Assembly (NCBI GenBank): GCA_902806405.1
Contig: CADCWL010000011.1
Location: 16,464 to 80,463 of the forward strand
Source of the DNA: an uncultured Thermomicrobiales bacterium
GTDB lineage: Bacteria; Chloroflexota; Chloroflexia; Thermomicrobiales; UBA6265
Length of the DNA stretch: 64,000 bases
Direction of reading: 5' to 3'
The translations under genes were made by a program, and so were the position numbers. The notes under the pieces were generated by a model. The model was not told where the DNA came from. It made no database searches and was given only the letters and a program-made list of their open reading frames with translations. Every line of letters begins with the position of its first letter. The stretch's first letter is position 1. Below, in pieces: positions 9,145 through 16,918 of this stretch.

Positions 9145-9509
9145 GAGGGGATCTTCCCGCCGTCGACGTCCGGCAGTCCGTCCTCCGCGCTCACCGAGCC
9201 GAGCGAAGTGTCGGGGTTGCGCGGGTCCGACCCTCTCGGCCAGTCGCCGTTGGCCACCTCCCACTCTTCGACGATGTCGTGCAGGCGTGCGTCGCTCATT
9301 AAAAAGCCCGTCGCGGACGTTTTCCGGGCGCTGCCGCTGTCGGTGATTTCGGCCAGCCCCTCCCTGAGGTCGCGGACAAACGCCCGCCGACGGTCGGCAT
9401 CGAAGCGTCTGCTGAACGGAAAGAGCCGGTCGTCCTTCGTCTGCAGGTAGACCACGACCCGCTCGGCCAAACGGTGGTCGTAGTTCGGCTCCGGATCGAT
9501 CTGGGCCAC
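9141..9509 (-). CDS. Hypothetical protein (122 aa)
   Basis: GTG start preceded by GGAGAAGGAGAC. Third-position GC is high throughout. No recognisable motif. The 3' end overlaps the convergent oxidase gene by 4 nt. Confidence 0.55.
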   Translation of the reverse strand: MAQIDPEPNYDHRLAERVVVYLQTKDDRLFPFSRRFDADRRRAFVRDLREGLAEITDSGSARKTSATGFLMSDARLHDIVEEWEVANGDWPRGSDPRNPDTSLGSVSAEDGLPDVDGGKIPS

Positions 9510-9664
9510 CCGCGAGTCTCCTTCTCCATCTCCATCCGGACGGGCAGTCCGGTCCTCACCGCAACGCCCCGCCGACGGTCGGCGCTTGGGCGGTCGCCGT
9601 CCGACGCTTCATGCCGTACCCGCGCTTCTACGCAGCGATCGATCCGGTCGCGAAGGATGCCGGC

Positions 9665-10444
9665 CTAGCTCGGCCAACTCCCGCCATCGACGTTGAGCGT
9701 CTGCTGGGTAATGTAGTCGGAGTCGGCGGACGCCAGGAAGACGGCCGCCCCGGTGACGTCTTCCGGCTGCTCGATGCGGCCGAGAGGGATCGACTTGATG
9801 AACGTGGCCTTCGGCTCGCCGACCTCCATGTTCAGCAGCTTCGCGAACTGCTTGTCAACATCGACCCAGAGGGGCGTGTCCACGATCCCGGGCGCGATGC
9901 CGTTGACGTTGATCCTGTGGTCGGCCAGCGCGAGCGCCATGGACTGGGTCATGCTGATCACGCACGCCTTGCTCGCGCAGTAGGCCAGGACCAGCGCTTC
10001 GCCCCTCCGACCCGCCTGGGAAGCGAGGTTCACGATCTTGCCGCCCCTCCCCTGCTCGATCATCCGCCGCGCCGCGGCCTGGCTGCAAAAAAGCACGCCT
10101 TTGCAGTTGACGCCGAACATGAAATCCCAGTCTGCCTCGGTCGTCTCGAGGAATGGGATAATTTTGATCACCCCGGCATTGTTGACGAGGATGTCGACGC
10201 TTCCGAAGCGCTCGACCGCGGTCGCCACCATCGCGTCGGCCTGCGCCGCATTGCGCACGTCAACGCCCGTGCCGACCGCCTCTCCCCCCTGCGCCGTGAT
10301 CTCCTGGGCGACGCCGTCAGCCCCTTCCCGGTTCAGATCGGCGACAACGACCTTGGCCCCTTCCTCCGCGTAGCGGAGCGAGATCGCCCGGCCCATCCCC
10401 TGCGCGCCCCCGGTGACGATCGCCACCTTCCCTGCCAGCTTCAT
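9665..10444 (-). CDS. Short-chain dehydrogenase/reductase (SDR), sugar/polyol dehydrogenase-like
   Basis: TGGAQGMG cofactor motif and the YCASK catalytic YxxxK. I trimmed the start to ATG 10444, which has the upstream RBS GGAGGAGAGGGAG. Confidence 0.85.
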   Translation of the reverse strand: MKLAGKVAIVTGGAQGMGRAISLRYAEEGAKVVVADLNREGADGVAQEITAQGGEAVGTGVDVRNAAQADAMVATAVERFGSVDILVNNAGVIKIIPFLETTEADWDFMFGVNCKGVLFCSQAAARRMIEQGRGGKIVNLASQAGRRGEALVLAYCASKACVISMTQSMALALADHRINVNGIAPGIVDTPLWVDVDKQFAKLLNMEVGEPKATFIKSIPLGRIEQPEDVTGAAVFLASADSDYITQQTLNVDGGSWPS

Positions 10445-10463
10445 CTCCCTCTCCTCCCCGATC

Positions 10464-11651
10464 TTACGGGATATGTTGCTCGATCCGGTAGCGATCGAGC
10501 GTTGCGGTGTTGAGCCGGACGCCAAGACCCGGTCCCTCCGGCAGCGCGATCTTTCCGTCCGCGCCGACCGTGAGCGGCTCGTCGAACAGCTCCGAGCGGA
10601 GCGGGTTCGGGTTCTGGTCGAACTCCAGCAAGCCGGCGTTGGGCAGCGACGCGATCAGGTGCATATTTGCGATCGAGGCCACGGCCGATGAGAAGACGTG
10701 CGGAATGACCGGCAGTCCATGCGCCTGGGCAAGCGCTGCCACCTTCCGCGTCTCCGTGATCCCGCCGGTCCAGATCACATCGGGCTGGACGATGTCGACC
10801 GCCCGCCGCGAGATGAGGTCTCGGAAACCGCCCAACCCTGTCTCTGTCTCGTAACCGGCCACCGGCGTATCGAGCCGGTGAGCGACCTCCGCACTCCCCT
10901 CCACGTCCTCCGTCGCCACCGGCTCCTCCAGCCAGGCGATGTCCTGGTCATCCACCCGGCGCATGAAGCGGAGCGCGACCGGCGGCGTCCACGCATTGTT
11001 TGCGTCGATCGCGAGCCGCACCCCGGGACCGACCGCCGCCCGCGCTGCGCGCACCCGCTCGACGTCCTGCTCGAGGGTGGCGAGGGCGTAGTCGTTGGCC
11101 GGCATGTCGTGGAGCGGGTTGAGCATCACGTCCGGATTACGACCAACCTTGATCTTGACCGTTCGAAAGCCACGCGCTGCGTACCCGCCGACCTCCTCGG
11201 CGAGGGCCGCGGCGTCCTTGCCGCCGGCGTAGAAGCCGGCGGACGCGTAGACGTCGAGCGTCTCGCGGTATCCTCCCAGCAGCCGGTAGAGCGGCGTTCT
11301 GGTCGCCTGCCCGATGATGTCCCAGAGCGCGATGTCGATCCCGCTGATGGCCATCATCAGCATGCCCCGCCGCCCGCGCTGGTGCGCTCGGGTGGCCATC
11401 ATGCTCCAGAGCCGCTCCACCCGGAACGGGTCCTGCCCCAGGATCGTCCGCCGTAGTTCTCCCAGGATCAGCGCCTCGGTGCTCTCCAGGAAGCCTCCGT
11501 AGGCCGCTGCTTCGCCCAGCCCCACAATCCCCTCGTCCGTGTGGACCTGGACCAGGAGCGTCGGTCGCTCCGGCATGTAATGGATCGCGTCCGCCATCGG
11601 CACCGGCATCTCGTACCGGAGCTTGATGGTCGTCACGTCCGTGATCAGCAC
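10464..11651 (-). CDS. Enolase-superfamily enzyme (mandelate racemase/muconate lactonizing family; probable sugar-acid dehydratase)
   Basis: Family motifs KIKVG, IDANNAW and WLEEP. I trimmed the start to GTG 11651 (RBS GGGGAGAG). The remaining 241 codons of the tracked ORF are Arg/Pro-rich and run into the divergent gene. Confidence 0.8.
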   Translation of the reverse strand: MLITDVTTIKLRYEMPVPMADAIHYMPERPTLLVQVHTDEGIVGLGEAAAYGGFLESTEALILGELRRTILGQDPFRVERLWSMMATRAHQRGRRGMLMMAISGIDIALWDIIGQATRTPLYRLLGGYRETLDVYASAGFYAGGKDAAALAEEVGGYAARGFRTVKIKVGRNPDVMLNPLHDMPANDYALATLEQDVERVRAARAAVGPGVRLAIDANNAWTPPVALRFMRRVDDQDIAWLEEPVATEDVEGSAEVAHRLDTPVAGYETETGLGGFRDLISRRAVDIVQPDVIWTGGITETRKVAALAQAHGLPVIPHVFSSAVASIANMHLIASLPNAGLLEFDQNPNPLRSELFDEPLTVGADGKIALPEGPGLGVRLNTATLDRYRIEQHIP

Positions 11652-11716
11652 CCGTCTCTCCCCGTCTCGCGGCGGCTGAGGAAGGGCACACCCCTTCTCC
11701 CTCCACGGTGGGAATG

Positions 11717-11744
11717 ATTTTATCGGGGGGCTGCCGAGGGTCAA
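11717..11744 (-). promoter_or_regulatory. Sigma70-like promoter for the dehydratase-SDR operon
   Basis: On the minus strand: TTGACC (-35), a 16-nt spacer, then TAAAAT (-10). It lies in a locally AT-richer patch about 60 nt upstream of GTG 11651. Confidence 0.4.
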
Positions 11745-11956
11745 GAGGGGGACCTCCCGTGCGGCACCGGCGTCTGGCGCGGCGGGGATGTAGAATCGCG
11801 CCGCAGCGGACGACGGTTCGGGGACGGCGTGGGACACGGAGGCAATGCGCGCCCCGGCCGTTGCTCGAGCGGCCCGCCGGGGGTCCGGCACTGGGCCGGT
11901 GAACGATGCCGCGTCGACGGGGACGCGGCGGAACGCGGTGAGAGGAGACCAGGACG

Positions 11957-13015
11957 ATGGACCGACATTTTTCCCGGCGCGGGGTGCTCCGGGTCGGGGC
12001 GGCGGGCGCCGGCGCGGTCGCCTTCGGTGGATTCCGGCTGCGGCGGGTAGGCGCCGCCCCGCCGCCGCTTGAACAGAAGGAGACCTACCGGGTCGCCTTC
12101 GCCCAGGTCGAGGAAAACAACCCCTGGCGGATCGCTCAGACCGAGAGCATGCGCTCGGAGGCGGAGCGCCTGGGTTACGAGCTGCTCTACAGCAACGCCG
12201 AAGGCTCTGAGGCTCGCCAGATCGCGAACGTCGATCAGGCGATCGCGCAGGGCGTCGACATGATCTTCCTCGCCCCCCGCTCCGAGACCCCGCTCGCGCG
12301 GGCCGTGCTGAACGCGCGCCGAGCGAATATCCCCGTCGTCTGCCTCGACCGGGACGTCGACAACAACGTCGCAAAGGTCGGCGAGGACTACATCTGCTTC
12401 ATCGGCTCCGACTTTGTGCAGGAAGGCGCCCGTGCCGCGGAGTGGCTTGCCCGGACGTTGAACGGCGAAGGGGAGATCATCGAGCTGCAAGGGACCACCG
12501 GCTCTTCGCCGGCGATCGACCGCGGCCGTGGCTTCGCCGACTTCCTGGCCGGCACCTATACCCCCAGCGCCGCTGGCGGCGCCGCAACGCCTGCCGCCCC
12601 GCCGTCTGGCGGCTTCCCCGGGATGCGGGTCGTCGCCTCCCAGGACGGCGACTTCGCCCGGGACGAGGGCCGGCAAGTCTTCGAAACGCTCTACCAGGCG
12701 AACCCGACGGCCACCGCCGTCTACGCGCACAACGACGAGATGGCGATCGGTGCCATCCAGGCGCTTGAGGCCCAGGGCCGGGTTCCCGGCCGTGACGTCA
12801 CCATCGTCTCCGTCGACGGTTCCCGCGAGGCGCTCCAGAACATCGTCGACGGGAAGCTTGGGGCGACGGTCGAATGCAACCCGCGCTTCGGTCCGATCGC
12901 CTTTGAGACGCTCCAGCGCTACGCCGCCGGGGAGACGATCGAACCCCAAATCATCAACCAAGATCGCTTCTTCGACGCGACCAACGCGACCGAATTCTTG
13001 GACGAAGCCTACTAA
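11957..13015 (+). CDS. ABC sugar transporter periplasmic binding protein (YtfQ/RbsB-like, PBP type 1)
   Basis: Twin-arginine-like signal (SRRGVLRVGAAGAGAV). The pattern YRVAFAQ...NPW...QAIAQGVDMIFLAP is typical of type-1 sugar binding proteins. It is followed by an ATPase and two RbsC-like permeases. Confidence 0.8.
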   Translation: MDRHFSRRGVLRVGAAGAGAVAFGGFRLRRVGAAPPPLEQKETYRVAFAQVEENNPWRIAQTESMRSEAERLGYELLYSNAEGSEARQIANVDQAIAQGVDMIFLAPRSETPLARAVLNARRANIPVVCLDRDVDNNVAKVGEDYICFIGSDFVQEGARAAEWLARTLNGEGEIIELQGTTGSSPAIDRGRGFADFLAGTYTPSAAGGAATPAAPPSGGFPGMRVVASQDGDFARDEGRQVFETLYQANPTATAVYAHNDEMAIGAIQALEAQGRVPGRDVTIVSVDGSREALQNIVDGKLGATVECNPRFGPIAFETLQRYAAGETIEPQIINQDRFFDATNATEFLDEAY

Positions 13016-13040
13016 CGGGTCGCACACCGCGGACTCGACC

Positions 13041-13089
13041 CAAGGAGGGTGGTGGAAGCCGGCCGTTGCCGGCCCCGCCGCCCTCCTTG
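13041..13089 (+). other. Intercistronic stem-loop after the binding-protein gene
   Basis: CAAGGAGGG (13041-13049) pairs perfectly with CCCTCCTTG (13081-13089). An inner GCCGGC..GCCGGC pairing is also present. No T-run follows. Confidence 0.45.
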
Positions 13090-13188
13090 CAGCGGTCGCG
13101 CCTCGGCCAGCGGAATTGTCATGCCACCCGCGTCGCCCCTTGTCACTCTTCTGCCGGGTCGTTCCCCACACCGCCGCTCGGAGTCGTC

Positions 13189-14748
13189 GTGATCGAGACC
13201 GCGAACCACGATCTCCTGCTTCGCATGGAAGGCGTCACCAAAGCCTTCCCCGGCGTGGTCGCCCTGGCCGACGCCAGCCTTCGGGTCGGCCGCGGCGAGG
13301 TCCATGCCCTGGTCGGCCAGAACGGCGCCGGCAAGTCGACGCTGATGAAGATCTTGAATGGCGCGTACCGCCGCGACGGCGGCACGGTCGTCCTCGACGG
13401 CTCACCGATCGACTTCCGATCCCCGAAGCAGGCGCAGGCCGGCGGCATCAGCACCATCCACCAGGAGATCAACCTGGTGCCGTACCGCTCGGTCGCGGAG
13501 AACGTCTTCATGGGGCGGGAGCCCCGGCGCTTTGGAATGATCGACTGGCCGCGGATGAACCGGTCGGCACGGGAGATCCTTTCCCGGCTCAACGTCGGCG
13601 TCGACGTCACCCAACCGCTCCTCCGCCTGAACGTTGCCGTGCAGCAGATGGTCGCCATCGCCCGCGCCGTCTCCTTCCAGAGCAAGCTGGTCGTCATGGA
13701 CGAGCCGACGTCGTCGCTCGACGAGCGCGAGGTGGCGACCCTGTTCGCGGTGATTCGCGGGCTGAAGGCGGACGGCGTTTCGGTCATCTTCATCACGCAC
13801 CGGCTGGACGAGCTGTACGAGGTGTGCGACCGGGTGACGATCATGCGCGACGGGCGCACCGTCGAGGAGCGCCCGATGGGCGAGATCTCCAAACTGGAGC
13901 TCGTCGCTACGATGCTCGGCAAGGAACTGGGGGAGGTGCGGCGGACGGGCCAGACCGGCTTTGGGGAGAGCCAGAGGCACGGTCGTGGTGTACTCCTCGA
14001 GGCGAGCGCCCTCAGCCGCGGTCGGGCGCTGCGGGATGCCAGCGTCCGGGTCGACGCGGGCGAGATCGTCGGCCTGGCCGGCTTGCTCGGTTCCGGTCGC
14101 ACGGAGGTGGCCCGCGCCGTCTTTGGCGCGGACCCCGTTGACGCCGGAGAGATCCGCTTCCGCGGCGAGTCCGCGCGCTTCGACGGTCCGGGGGACGCGA
14201 TCCGGGCCGGCATCGGTTTCTGCACGGAGGATCGCAAGGCGGAGGGGATCATTCCCCATCTCTCGGTGCGCGAGAACCTGACGCTCGCCGCGCTGCCCGT
14301 CCTCGCGCGCGCCGGCGTCGTCGACCGGGGACGGCAGCGGGAGATTGTCGACCGGTTCATGCGACGGCTCGGCATCCGGGCCGCCGGGCCGGAGCAGCCG
14401 ATCCGGGAGCTTTCGGGGGGCAACCAGCAAAAGGTGCTTCTGGCTCGCTGGCTCTGCCTGAACCCCAAGCTCCTGATCCTCGACGAACCGACGCGGGGAA
14501 TCGACGTCGGCGCGAAGGCGGAGATCCAGTCGCTCATCGATGAACTGGCCGGCGAAGGGCTCGGCGTCTTGATGATCTCCTCCGAGCTGGAGGAGCTGAC
14601 GGAGGGCGGCGACCGGGTGGTCGTCCTCCGTGACGGTCGCACCGTAGCGGAGCTTTCGCGGGAGGCGGCGACCCAGGACGCGATCATGGCGGCGATGGCG
14701 CTCGGACCCGCCCAACCGGAAGCGGCAACCGATCCGGCCATCGCGTAG
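13189..14748 (+). CDS. Sugar ABC transporter ATP-binding protein, duplicated ABC domains (YtfR/RbsA-like)
   Basis: Walker A GQNGAGKST, signature LSGGNQQK, and a second nucleotide-binding half. The start is either GTG 13189 (GGAG 5 nt upstream) or ATG 13225. Confidence 0.85.
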   Translation: MIETANHDLLLRMEGVTKAFPGVVALADASLRVGRGEVHALVGQNGAGKSTLMKILNGAYRRDGGTVVLDGSPIDFRSPKQAQAGGISTIHQEINLVPYRSVAENVFMGREPRRFGMIDWPRMNRSAREILSRLNVGVDVTQPLLRLNVAVQQMVAIARAVSFQSKLVVMDEPTSSLDEREVATLFAVIRGLKADGVSVIFITHRLDELYEVCDRVTIMRDGRTVEERPMGEISKLELVATMLGKELGEVRRTGQTGFGESQRHGRGVLLEASALSRGRALRDASVRVDAGEIVGLAGLLGSGRTEVARAVFGADPVDAGEIRFRGESARFDGPGDAIRAGIGFCTEDRKAEGIIPHLSVRENLTLAALPVLARAGVVDRGRQREIVDRFMRRLGIRAAGPEQPIRELSGGNQQKVLLARWLCLNPKLLILDEPTRGIDVGAKAEIQSLIDELAGEGLGVLMISSELEELTEGGDRVVVLRDGRTVAELSREAATQDAIMAAMALGPAQPEAATDPAIA

Positions 14749-14800
14749 AACCTGGGACGACGGCCGCGAGGACCGGAGCGGCGGGGGACGGAGCGACGGG

Positions 14801-15817
14801 ATGGCGAACTCTGGGAGCACGGCGGCGGCGCGGACGGCCGCTCCGAGCCGGACGTCGTGGCGGCCGCGGGCCGGCTACGCTCAGACGCTCGGCGCCGGAG
14901 CTTTCCTCGCACTGCTGATTCTCTATAATGCGCTGTTCAATGGGGACGTCTTTCTCAACACCCAGTCGTTACGGCTGAACCTCACCCAGGTCGCGCCGAT
15001 CGTGATCGTCGCCGTTGGCATGACGCTGGTGGTCGCCACCGGCGGGATTGACCTCTCGGTCGGATCGGTCATGGCGATCGCGGGCGCGATCGCCCCGCTC
15101 ATCTTCCTCAGCGACGCGTCGCTCCTCACCCTGCCGTTCGTCGGCGGGGCGCTCGCCTACGCGGTGCCGGTCCTAATCGCCGGTCTCTTCGGCCTGTTCA
15201 ACGGGTGGCTCGTGACCGCCTTTCGACTGCAACCGATCATCGCCACCTTGGTACTGTTCGTCGCCGGCCGCGGCGTCGCCCAGGTGATCACCGACGGGCG
15301 CCTGCAGAGCTTCCGCGAGCCGGACTGGCAGTTCATCGGCCTTGGTCGCGTGTTCGGGGTGCCGTTCCAGGCGATCCTGATGCTCTGCGTCGTCGGCGTC
15401 GCCGCATGGGGGATGCGCTCGACGACCTTTGGGCGCTACGTCCTCGCGATCGGCGGCAACGCCGCCGCGGCCCGGCTGGCCGGGGTCCCGGTCGGCCGCG
15501 TCACGGCAGCGGTCTACGCGATCAGCGGTCTGCTGGCGGGGCTGGCCGGTCTGATCGTAATCGCGATCAACTCCTCCTCCGACGCGAATCAGGTGGGCTT
15601 GAACATGGAACTGGACGCCATCGCTGCCGTGGCGGTCGGTGGCACCTCGCTGATGGGGGGTCGCGCCACCGTGGTGGGGACGCTCATCGGCGCCCTGATC
15701 ATCCAGCTGATCCGGTTCACCCTGCTTACCCAGGGGGTTGGCGACGCCGTCGCCCGCGTGGTCACCGCGGCCGCCATCGTGGTCGGCGTCCTCGTTCAGC
15801 GGCGGCGGACGCCATGA
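14801..15817 (+). CDS. Sugar ABC transporter permease (RbsC/YtfT-like)
   Basis: Multi-pass hydrophobic protein with the GGIDLSVGS motif typical of the RbsC family. It follows the ATPase gene. Confidence 0.85.
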   Translation: MANSGSTAAARTAAPSRTSWRPRAGYAQTLGAGAFLALLILYNALFNGDVFLNTQSLRLNLTQVAPIVIVAVGMTLVVATGGIDLSVGSVMAIAGAIAPLIFLSDASLLTLPFVGGALAYAVPVLIAGLFGLFNGWLVTAFRLQPIIATLVLFVAGRGVAQVITDGRLQSFREPDWQFIGLGRVFGVPFQAILMLCVVGVAAWGMRSTTFGRYVLAIGGNAAAARLAGVPVGRVTAAVYAISGLLAGLAGLIVIAINSSSDANQVGLNMELDAIAAVAVGGTSLMGGRATVVGTLIGALIIQLIRFTLLTQGVGDAVARVVTAAAIVVGVLVQRRRTP

Positions 15818-15887
15818 GCGCCCCCGAAGCACGCACCGTCCACCGCAGCGTCGCGCCTTCGCAACGGCGCCGGCAGGGAGACGGGTG

Positions 15888-16886
15888 ATGGTGACCACGA
15901 CCGACGTCCGCGGGGACCGCCAGGCCCGCTCGTGGGATTGGGTTGGGAGCAGGCTCCAGCAGCAGGGCGCCCTGCTGGCCCTCGTCGCGCTTCTCGCCCT
16001 CGGTTGGGCGCGCTACGGCGACGACGGATTCGTCTCCTCGTACAACCTCGTCTCGGCGCTCCGCTACAACGCGATGTTCGCCCTGATCGCCCTCGGCATG
16101 ACCTTCGTGCTCATTACCGGCGGGATCGACCTATCGGTCGGGGGCGTCGCCGTCCTGGCAAGCGTCGTCGCCGCCGAGTTGAGCCCAGCTGGACTGTGGC
16201 CGGGGGTGACGGGCGCGATCCTGGTCGGCGTCGCCGTCGGACTGGTGAATGGCGGTCTCGTCGCCGGTTTCGGCATCCAGCCCTTCATCGTCACCCTCGC
16301 CACCCTGCTCGCGGCGCGCGGCCTGGCGCTGATTCTCGCCGGCAACGAAGCCGCTCCGGTCGACTTCGAAAGCAATTTCCTCCAGCTCGACCGGATCGTC
16401 GGTGGCGTCAGCCTGGCGGTCATCATCGCGGCGATCGCCTATGTGGCGGGCTCCATCCTCTTGAACTTGACCCGCTTCGGACGGCACCTGCTCGCCCTCG
16501 GCGGCAACGAGGAAGCTGCCAGGCTCGCGGGTCTTCCCGTCGCCCGCACGCTCGTCGCCGTCTACGCCCTCAGCGGCGGACTGGCCGGACTCACGGGGGC
16601 GATCCTGGCCGCGCAGACCTTCACCGGCAATCCGAATGAGGCCGTTGGTTGGGAGCTCTCCGCGATCGCCGCCGTGGTAGTCGGCGGCACCCTCCTCACC
16701 GGCGGCGTCGGTTCGGTCTGGACGACCCTGGTCGGCGTTCTTCTCCTCGGCTTGATCATCAACCTGCTCGGCTTCGAGAACCTTGACCCGTACTGGCAAA
16801 ACGTGATCCGCGGTGGTTTTCTCCTGGTCGTCGTCGTCCTGCAACGGCGGTTGACCGAGCGACGCGGGTCGCGCCGCATAGCCTGA
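15888..16886 (+). CDS. Sugar ABC transporter permease (RbsC/YjfF-like)
   Basis: Second RbsC-type permease (GGIDLSVGG). I trimmed the start to ATG 15888, which follows GGGAGA. Confidence 0.85.
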   Translation: MVTTTDVRGDRQARSWDWVGSRLQQQGALLALVALLALGWARYGDDGFVSSYNLVSALRYNAMFALIALGMTFVLITGGIDLSVGGVAVLASVVAAELSPAGLWPGVTGAILVGVAVGLVNGGLVAGFGIQPFIVTLATLLAARGLALILAGNEAAPVDFESNFLQLDRIVGGVSLAVIIAAIAYVAGSILLNLTRFGRHLLALGGNEEAARLAGLPVARTLVAVYALSGGLAGLTGAILAAQTFTGNPNEAVGWELSAIAAVVVGGTLLTGGVGSVWTTLVGVLLLGLIINLLGFENLDPYWQNVIRGGFLLVVVVLQRRLTERRGSRRIA

Positions 16887-16918
16887 CCCCGCGATCGAAC
16901 AGGGAGAAAGGACCTTCG

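Noticed and set aside
11652-12374. A 241-codon N-terminal extension of the enolase-superfamily ORF (tracked as 10464..12374).
   Set aside because: The extension is Arg/Pro/Gly-rich and crosses the divergent promoter region and the start of the binding-protein gene. Family homology and a good RBS begin at GTG 11651. The same reasoning trimmed 32886..33485 (HAD), 38562..39179 (PucR), 5749..6036, 26053..26955 and 56036-type extensions.
13143-14912. Very long antisense ORFs opposite well-supported genes: 13143..14912, 17171..19429, 30206..31939, 32471..35035, 47612..49351, 40262..41299, 56036..58009.
   Set aside because: Each overlaps a gene with unambiguous family motifs on the other strand and is itself motif-free and compositionally biased. 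This is the typical stop-codon-poor antisense frame of high-GC DNA.
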